The position numbers and the translations under genes are program-made. Below the pieces are notes generated by a model that did not search any database, was not told the origin of the DNA, and saw only the letters and a program-made list of their open reading frames with translations. A DNA stretch of 64,000 bases, taken from the NCBI GenBank assembly GCA_964016885.1, contig OZ024754.1, positions 34,906,001 through 34,970,000 on the forward strand, read 5' to 3'. Numbering within the stretch: position 1 is the first letter of the stretch; each line of letters begins with the position of its first letter. This document shows, piece by piece, positions 55,401-64,000 of the stretch. The stretch is from Eledone cirrhosa (taxonomy: Eukaryota).

Positions 55401-58400
55401 TGTATACAGAAAGAAACTAAAGAATGTAGATGAAGTGTATATAGAAAGAAACTAAAGAATGTAGATGAAGTGTATATAGAAAGAAACTAAAGAATGTTGA
55501 TGAAGTGTCTACAGAAAGAAACTAAAGAATGTTGATGAAGTGTATATAGAAAGAAACTAAAGAATGTTGATGAAGTGTCTACAGAAAGAAACTAAAGAAT
55601 GTTGATGAAGTGTCTACAGAAAGAAACTAAAGAATGTTGATGAAGTGTCTACAGAAAGAAACTAAAGAATGTTGATGAAGTGTATATAGAAAGAAACTAA
55701 AGAATGTAGATGAAGTGTATACAGAAAGAAACTAAAGAATGTTGATGAAGTGTATATAGAAAGAAACTAAAGAATGTAGATGAAGTGTATATAGAAAGAA
55801 ACTAAAGAACGTTGATGAAGTGTATACAGAATGAAACTAAAGAATGTTGATGAAGTGTATATAGAAAGAAACTAAAGAATGTTGATGAAGTGTATACAGA
55901 AAGAATCTAAAGAATGTTGATGAAGTGTATATAGAAAAAAACTAAAGAATGTTGATGAAGTGTATACAGAAAGAAACTAAAGAATGTAGATGAAGTCTAT
56001 ATAGAAAGAAACTAAAGAATGTTGATGAAGTGTATATAGAAAGAAACTAAAGAATGTAAATGAAGTGTATATAGAAAGAAACTAAAGAATGTTGATGAAG
56101 TGTATACAGAATGAAACTAAAGAATGTAGATGAAGTGTATATAGAAGGAAACTAAAGAATGTTGATGAAGTGTATACAGAAAGAAACTAAAGAATGTAGA
56201 TGAAGTGTATATAGAAAGAAACTAAAGAATGTTGATGAAGTGCATACAGAATGAAACTAAAGAATGTAGATGAAGTGTCTATAGAATGAAACTAAAGAAT
56301 GTTGATGAAGTGTATACAGAAAGAAACTAAAGAATGTAGATGAAGTGTATATAGAAAGAAACTAAAGAATGTAGATGAAGTGTATATAGAAAGAAACTAA
56401 AGAATGTAGATGAAGTGTATATAGAAAGAAACTAAAGAATGTAGATGATGTGTATATAGAAAGAAACTAAAGAATGTAGATGAAGTGTATATAGAAAGAA
56501 ACTAAAGAATGTTGATGAAGTGTCTACAGAAAGAAACTAAAGAATGTTGATGAAGTGTATACAGAAAGAAACTAAAGAATGTAGATGAAGTGTATATAGA
56601 AAGAAACTAAAGAATGTAGATTAAGTGTATATAGAAAGAAACTAAAGTATGTTGATGAAGTGTCTACAGAAAGAAACTAAAGAATGTTGATGAAGTGTGT
56701 ACAGAAAGAAACTAAAGAATGTAGATGAAGTGTATATAGAAAGAAACTAAAGAATGTGGATGAAGTGTATACAGAAAGAAACTAAAGAATGTTGATGAAG
56801 TGTCTACAGAAAGAAACTAAAGAATGTTGATGAAGTGTATACAGAAAGAAACTAAAGAATGTAGATGAAGTGTATATAGAAAGAAACTAAAGAATGTTGA
56901 TGAAGTGCATATAGAAAGAAACTAAAGAATGTTGATGAAGTGTATACAGAAAGAAACTAAAGAATGTAGATGAAGTGTATATAGAAAGAAACTAAAGAAT
57001 GTTGATGAAGTGTATACAGAAAGAAACTAAAGAATGTAGATGAAGTGTATATAGAAAGAAACTAAAGAATGTTGATGAAGTGTATACAGAAAGAAACTAA
57101 AGAATGTAGATGAAGTGTATATAGAAAGAAACTAAAGAATGTAGATGAAGTGTATATAGAAAGAAACTAAAGAATGTTGATGAAGTGTCTACAGAAAGAA
57201 ACTAAAGAATGTTGATGAAGTGTATATAGAAAGAAACTAAAGAATGTTGATGAAGTGTCTACAGAAAGAAACTAAAGAATGTTGATGAAGTGTCTACAGA
57301 AAGAAACTAAAGAATGTTGATGAAGTGTCTACAGAAAGAAACTAAAGAATGTTGATGAAGTGTATATAGAAAGAAACTAAAGAATGTAGATGAAGTGTAT
57401 ACAGAAAGAAACTAAAGAATGTTGATGAAGTGTATATAGAAAGAAACTAAAGAATGTAGATGAAGTGTATATAGAAAGAAACTAAAGAACGTTGATGAAG
57501 TGTATACAGAATGAAACTAAAGAATGTTGATGAAGTGTATATAGAAAGAAACTAAAGAATGTTGATGAAGTGTATACAGAAAGAATCTAAAGAATGTTGA
57601 TGAAGTGTATATAGAAAAAAACTAAAGAATGTTGATGAAGTGTATACAGAAAGAAACTAAAGAATGTAGATGAAGTCTATATAGAAAGAAACTAAAGAAT
57701 GTTGATGATGTGTATATAGAAAGAAACTAAAGAATGTAAATGAAGTGTATATAGAAAGAAACTAAAGAATGTTGATGAAGTGTATACAGAATGAAACTAA
57801 AGAATGTAGATGAAGTGTATATAGAAGGAAACTAAAGAATGTTGATGAAGTGTATACAGAAAGAAACTAAAGAATGTAGATGAAGTGTATATAGAAAGAA
57901 ACTAAAGAATGTTGATGAAGTGCATACAGAATGAAACTAAAGAATGTAGATGAAGTGTCTATAGAATGAAACTAAAGAATGTTGATGAAGTGTATACAGA
58001 AAGAAACTAAAGAATGTAGATGAAGTGTATATAGAAAGAAACTAAAGAATGTAGATGTAGTGTATACAGAAAGAAACTAATGAATGTAGATGAAGTGTAT
58101 ACAGAAAGAAACTAAAGAATGTAGATGAAGTGTATATAGAAAGAAACTAAAGAATGTTGATGAAGTGTATATAGAAAGAAACTAAAGAATGTTGATGAAG
58201 TGTCTACAGAAAGAAACTAAAGAATGTAGATGAAGTGTATATAGAAAGAAACTAAAGAATGTAGATGAAGTGTATATAGAAAGAAACTAAAGAATGTTGA
58301 TGAAGTGTCTACAGAAAGAAACTAAAGAATGTTGATGAAGTGTATATAGAAAGAAACTAAAGAATGTTGATGAAGTGTCTACAGAAAGAAACTAAAGAAT

Positions 58401-59440
58401 GTTGATGAAGTGTATATAGAAAGAAACTAAAGAATGTTGATGAAGTGTCTACAGAAAGAAACTAAAGAATGTAGATGAAGTGTATATAGAAAGAAACTAA
58501 AGAATGTTGATGAAGTGTCTACAGAAAGAAACTAAAGAATGTTGACGAAGTGTATATAGAAAGAAACTAAAGAATGTTGATGAAGTGTCTACAGAAAGAA
58601 ACTAAAGAATGTAGATGAAGTGTATATAGAAAGAAACTAAAGAATGTTGATGAAGTGTCTACAGAAAGAAACTAAAGAATGTAGATGAAGTGTATATAGA
58701 AAGAAACTAAAGAATGTTGATGAAGTGTCTACAGAAAGAAACTAAAGAATGTTGATGAAGTGTATATAGAAAGAAATTAAAGAATGTTGATGAAGTGTCT
58801 ACAGAAAGAAACTAAAGAATGTAGATGAAGTGTATATAGAAAGAAACTAAAGAATGTTGATGAAGTGTCTACAGAAAGAAACTAAAGAATGTAGATGAAG
58901 TGTATATAGAAAGAAACTAAAGAATGTTGATGAAGTGTCTACAGAAAGAAACTAAAGAATGTTGATGAAGTGTATATAGAAAGAAACTAAAGAATGTTGA
59001 TGAAGTGTCTACAGAAAGAAACTAAAGAATGTTGATGAAGTGTCTACAGAAAGAAACTAAAGAATGTTGATGAAGTGTATACAGAATGAAACTAAAGAAT
59101 GTAGATGAAGTGTATACAGAAAGAAACTAAAGAACGTAGATGAAGTGTATACAGAAAGAAACTAAAGAATGTTGATGAAGTCTATATAGAAAGAAACTAA
59201 AGAATGTAGATGAAGTGTATATAGAAAGAAACTAAAGAATGTTGATGAAGTGTATACAGAAAGAAACTAAAGAATGTTGATGAAGTGTATATAGAAATAA
59301 ACTAAAGAATGTAGATGAAGTGTATATAGAAAGAAACTAAAGAATGTAGATGAAGTGTATATAGAAAGAAACTAAAGAATGTAGATGAAGTGTATATAGA
59401 AAGAAACTAAAGAATGTAGATGAAGTGTATATAGAAAGAA
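52870..59440. repeat. 3,010-bp period interrupted by a 1,680-bp duplication (net offset 4,690)
   Basis: gaatcta occurs at 52891/55901/57581 (steps of 3,010 and 1,680). ttgacg 53851/58541 and aaataaac 54608/59298 are 4,690 apart. Confidence 0.85.
54630..58055. repeat. Near-identical tandem duplication of 1,680 bp (48 monomers)
   Basis: Shared markers: gatgatgtg 54761/56441, gattaag 54941/56621, gaatcta 55901/57581, tgcatacag 56241/57921. Confidence 0.9.
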
Positions 59441-62400
59441 ACTAAAGAATGTAGATGAAGTGTATATAGAAAGAAACTAAAGTATGTTGATGAAGTGTCT
59501 ACAGAAAGAAACTAAAGAATGTTGATGAAGTGTGTACAGAAAGAAACTAAAGAATGTAGATGAAGTGTATATAGAAAGAAACTAAAGAATGTGGATGAAG
59601 TGTATACAGAAAGAAACTAAAGAATGTTGATGAAGTGTCTACAGAAAGAAACTAAAGAATGTTGATGAAGTGTATACAGAAAGAAACTAAAGAATGTAGA
59701 TGAAGTGTATATAGAAAGAAACTAAAGAATGTTGATGAAGTGCATATAGAAAGAAACTAAAGAATGTTGATGAAGTGTATACAGAAAGAAACTAAAGAAT
59801 GTAGATGAAGTGTATATAGAAAGAAACTAAAGAATGTTGATGAAGTGTATACAGAAAGAAACTAAAGAATGTAGATGAAGTGTATATAGAAAGAAACTAA
59901 AGAATGTTGATGAAGTGTATACAGAAAGAAACTAAAGAATGTAGATGAAGTGTATATAGAAAGAAACTAAAGAATGTAGATGAAGTGTATATAGAAAGAA
60001 ACTAAAGAATGTTGATGAAGTGTCTACAGAAAGAAACTAAAGAATGTTGATGAAGTGTATATAGAAAGAAACTAAAGAATGTTGATGAAGTGTCTACAGA
60101 AAGAAACTAAAGAATGTTGATGAAGTGTCTACAGAAAGAAACTAAAGAATGTTGATGAAGTGTCTACAGAAAGAAACTAAAGAATGTTGATGAAGTGTAT
60201 ATAGAAAGAAACTAAAGAATGTAGATGAAGTGTATACAGAAAGAAACTAAAGAATGTTGATGAAGTGTATATAGAAAGAAACTAAAGAATGTAGATGAAG
60301 TGTATATAGAAAGAAACTAAAGAACGTTGATGAAGTGTATACAGAATGAAACTAAAGAATGTTGATGAAGTGTATATAGAAAGAAACTAAAGAATGTTGA
60401 TGAAGTGTATACAGAAAGAAACTAAAGAATGTAGATGAAGTGTATACAGAAAGAAACTAAAGAATGTTGATGAAGTGTATACAGAAAGAAACTAAAGAAT
60501 GTAGATGAAGTGTATATAGAAAGAAACTAAAGAATGTTGATGAAGTGTATACAGAATGAAACTAAAGAATGTAGATGAAGTGTATATAGAAAGAAACTAA
60601 AGAAAGTTGATGAAGTGTATATAGAAAGAAACTAAAGAATGTTGATGAAGTGTCTACAGAAAGAAACTAAAGAATGTAGATGAAGTGTATATAGAAAGAA
60701 ACTAAAGAATGTAGATGAAGTGTATATAGAAAGAAACTAAAGAATGTTGATGAAGTGTCTACAGAAAGAAACTAAAGAATGTTGATGAAGTGTATATAGA
60801 AAGAAACTAAAGAATGTTGATGAAGTGTCTACAGAAAGAAACTAAAGAATGTTGATGAAGTGTATATAGAAAGAAACTAAAGAATGTTGATGAAGTGTCT
60901 ACAGAAAGAAACTAAAGAATGTTGATGAAGTGTATATAGAAAGAAACTAAAGAATGTTGATGAAGTGTCTACAGAAAGAAACTAAAGAATGTTGATGAAG
61001 TGTCTACAGAAAGAAACTAAAGAATGTTGATGAAGTGTATACAGAATGAAACTAAAGAATGTAGATGAAGTGTATACAGAAAGAAACTAAAGAACGTAGA
61101 TGAAGTGTATACAGAAAGAAACTAAAGAATGTTGATGAAGTCTATATAGAAAGAAACTAAAGAATATAGATGAAGTGTATATAGAAAGAAACTAAAGAAT
61201 GTTGATGAAGTGTATACAGAAAGAAACTAAAGAATGTTGATGAAGTGTATATAGAAATAAACTAAAGAATGTAGATGAAGTGTATATAGAAAGAAACTAA
61301 AGAATGTAGATGAAGTGTATATAGAAAGAAACTAAAGAATGTAGATGAAGTGTATATAGAAAGAAACTAAAGAATGTAGATGAAGTGTATATAGAAAGAA
61401 ACTAAAGAATGTAGATGATGTGTATATAGAAAGAAACTAAAGAATGTAGATGAAGTGTATATAGAAAGAAACTAAAGAATGTTGATGAAGTGTCTACAGA
61501 AAGAAACTAAAGAATGTTGATGAAGTGTATACAGAAAGAAACTAAAGAATGTAGATGAAGTGTATATAGAAAGAAACTAAAGAATGTAGATTAAGTGTAT
61601 ATAGAAAGAAACTAAAGTATGTTGATGAAGTGTCTACAGAAAGAAACTAAAGAATGTTGATGAAGTGTGTACAGAAAGAAACTAAAGAATGTAGATGAAG
61701 TGTATATAGAAAGAAACTAAAGAATGTGGATGAAGTGTATACAGAAAGAAACTAAAGAATGTTGATGAAGTGTCTACAGAAAGAAACTAAAGAATGTTGA
61801 TGAAGTGTATACAGAAAGAAACTAAAGAATGTAGATGAAGTGTATATAGAAAGAAACTAAAGAATGTTGATGAAGTGCATATAGAAAGAAACTAAAGAAT
61901 GTTGATGAAGTGTATACAGAAAGAAACTAAAGAATGTAGATGAAGTGTATATAGAAAGAAACTAAAGAATGTTGATGAAGTGTATACAGAAAGAAACTAA
62001 AGAATGTAGATGAAGTGTATATAGAAAGAAACTAAAGAATGTTGATGAAGTGTATATAGAAAGAAACTAAAGAATGTTGATGAAGTGTATACAGAAAGAA
62101 ACTAAAGAATGTAGATGAAGTGTATATAGAAAGAAACTAAAGAATGTAGATGAAGTGTATATAGAAAGAAACTAAAGAATGTTGATGAAGTGTCTACAGA
62201 AAGAAACTAAAGAATGTTGATGAAGTGTATATAGAAAGAAACTAAAGAATGTTGATGAAGTGTCTACAGAAAGAAACTAAAGAATGTTGATGAAGTGTCT
62301 ACAGAAAGAAACTAAAGAATGTTGATGAAGTGTCTACAGAAAGAAACTAAAGAATGTTGATGAAGTGTATATAGAAAGAAACTAAAGAATGTAGATGAAG

Positions 62401-63140
62401 TGTATACAGAAAGAAACTAAAGAATGTTGATGAAGTGTATATAGAAAGAAACTAAAGAATGTAGATGAAGTGTATATAGAAAGAAACTAAAGAACGTTGA
62501 TGAAGTGTATACAGAATGAAACTAAAGAATGTTGATGAAGTGTATATAGAAAGAAACTAAAGAATGTTGATGAAGTGTATACAGAAAGAAACTAAAGAAT
62601 GTAGATGAAGTGTATACAGAAAGAAACTAAAGAATGTTGATGAAGTGTATACAGAAAGAAACTAAAGAATGTAGATGAAGTGTATATAGAAAGAAACTAA
62701 AGAATGTTGATGAAGTGTATACAGAATGAAACTAAAGAATGTAGATGAAGTGTATATAGAAAGAAACTAAAGAAAGTTGATGAAGTGTATATAGAAAGAA
62801 ACTAAAGAATGTTGATGAAGTGTCTACAGAAAGAAACTAAAGAATGTAGATGAAGTGTATATAGAAAGAAACTAAAGAATGTAGATGAAGTGTATATAGA
62901 AAGAAACTAAAGAATGTTGATGAAGTGTCTACAGAAAGAAACTAAAGAATGTTGATGAAGTGTATATAGAAAGAAACTAAAGAATGTTGATGAAGTGTCT
63001 ACAGAAAGAAACTAAAGAATGTTGATGAAGTGTATATAGAAAGAAACTAAAGAATGTTGATGAAGTGTCTACAGAAAGAAACTAAAGAATGTTGATGAAG
63101 TGTATATAGAAAGAAACTAAAGAATGTTGATGAAGTGTCT
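59000..63140. repeat. Duplication of about 2.0-2.2 kb with monomer-number differences between copies
   Basis: Offsets: aaataaac 59298/61258 (1,960), gtgcat 59743/61878 (2,135), gaaagttg 60605/62775 (2,170). All are multiples of 35. Confidence 0.82.
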
Positions 63141-64000
63141 ACAGAAGGAAACTAAAGAATGTAGATGTAGTGTATACAGAAAGAAACTAAAGAATGTAGA
63201 TGAAGTGTATACAGAAAGAAACTAAAGAATGTAGATGAAGTGTATACAGAAAGAAACTAAAGAATGTTGATGAAGTGTATACAGAAAGAAACTAAAGAAT
63301 GTAGATGAAGTGTATATAGAAAGAAACTAAAGAATGTTGATGAAGTGTATACAGAAAGAAACTAAACAATGTTGATGAAGTGTATATAGAAAGAAACTAA
63401 AGAATGTTGATGAAGTGTATATAGAAAGAAACTAAAAATGTAGATGAAGTGTATACAGAAAGAAACTAAAGAATGTAGATGAAGTGTATACAGAAAGAAA
63501 CTAAAGAATGTAGATGAAGTGTATACAGAAAGAAACTAAAGAATGTTGATGAAGTGTATATAGAAAGAAACTAAAGAATGTTGATGAACTGTATACAGAA
63601 TGAAACTAAAGAATGTTGATGAAGTGTATATAGAAAGAAACTAAAGAATGTAGATGAAGTGTATACAGAATGAAACTAAAGAATGTTGATGAAGTGTATA
63701 TAGAAAGAAACTAAAGAATGTAGATGAAGTGTATACAGAAAGAATCTAAATAATGTTGATGAAGTGTATATAGAAAAAAACTAAAGAATGTTGATGAAGT
63801 GTATACAGAAAAAAACTAAAGAATGTAGATGAAGTCTATATAGAAAGAAACTAAAGAATGTTGATGAAGTGTATATAGAAAGAAACTAAAGAATGTAAAT
63901 GAAGTGTATATAGAAAGAAACTAAAGAATGTTGATGAAGTGTATACAGAATGAAACTAAAGAATGTAGATGAAGTGTATATAGAAAGAAACTAAAGAATG

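Larger units (their letters stand above)
1..64000. repeat. 35-bp tandem satellite/minisatellite array, consensus GTGTATAYAGAAAGAAACTAAAGAATGTWGATGAA, 1,828 full copies plus a partial copy, truncated at both window ends
   Basis: The monomer restarts at 1, 36, 71 and so on. The last monomer starts at 63974, which equals 1 + 35x1828 - 7, matching the 7 one-base deletions seen (~3907, ~7118, ~11317, ~19269, ~22480, ~50511, ~63438). No non-monomer sequence or inversion was seen. Confidence 0.99.

Noticed and set aside
1-64000. CRISPR array (35-bp unit; GAAAC and ATTGAAAG-like motifs resemble CRISPR repeat ends)
   Set aside because: Units are directly adjacent with no unique spacers, leader or cas genes. 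ATTGAAAG is only a rare point variant.
1-64000. Giant repetitive CDS on the + strand (KKLKNVDEVYIERN-like peptide)
   Set aside because: 35 is not a multiple of 3, so each frame cycles through the near-invariant TAA (ACTAAAG) and TGA (GATGAA) every 105 bp. No long ORF exists under the standard, TGA-recoded or TAA/TAG-recoded codes.
1-64000. Minus-strand reading with one TAG per 35 codons (FLSIYTSSTFFSFFLYTLHLHSLVSFYIHFIYIL*), which would be open in all frames if TAG/TAA were recoded
   Set aside because: This is a trivial result of C scarcity on the + strand. All three frames are equivalent, block indels are often not multiples of 3 monomers, single-base deletions are tolerated, and there is no start context or codon-position bias in the variants.
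1-64000. Telomerase-synthesised telomeric repeat (G-over-C strand skew, one orientation)
   Set aside because: There are no G-runs and the unit is longer than typical telomerase repeats. Rare variants are inherited in kb-scale blocks, which indicates recombinational copying rather than templated addition. A subtelomeric or recombination-maintained terminal location cannot be excluded.
1-64000. Array-wide RIP or methylation-driven decay
   Set aside because: TpG/CpA dinucleotides are abundant and intact in nearly all monomers, and the variants include many transversions. Only one local G>A cluster was seen.
1-64000. Pure sequencing artefact (rolling-circle or concatemer of one 35-mer)
   Set aside because: Rare variants recur in collinear, nested, partly diverged blocks and differ between domains, which random error would not produce. 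Copy numbers of individual blocks could still be misassembled.

Overview
The whole 64 kb window is one uninterrupted, same-orientation tandem array of a 35-bp monomer, consensus GTGTATAYAGAAAGAAACTAAAGAATGTWGATGAA. It holds 1,828 complete monomers plus a 27-bp partial one, is about 26-29% GC, and is about 71-74% purine on the + strand. Both ends of the array lie outside the window. I found no unique sequence, gene, RNA gene, mobile element or CRISPR spacer. It looks like satellite/minisatellite DNA, most plausibly eukaryotic, but I cannot name the family or organism. The real structure lies in the variants. Two biallelic sites (monomer positions 8 and 29) and many rare marker variants reveal nested block duplications, all in monomer register, with offsets of 1.5, 1.7, 2.3, 3.0, 3.5-3.6, 4.2, 7.8, 14.3 and 15.4 kb. 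They also define three successive domains with different variant spectra, an emerging 70-bp dimer, only 7 single-base deletions, and one clustered triple G>A variant. I do not see support for a new protein-coding system. Block boundaries were read by eye and are approximate; the offsets were computed from marker positions.
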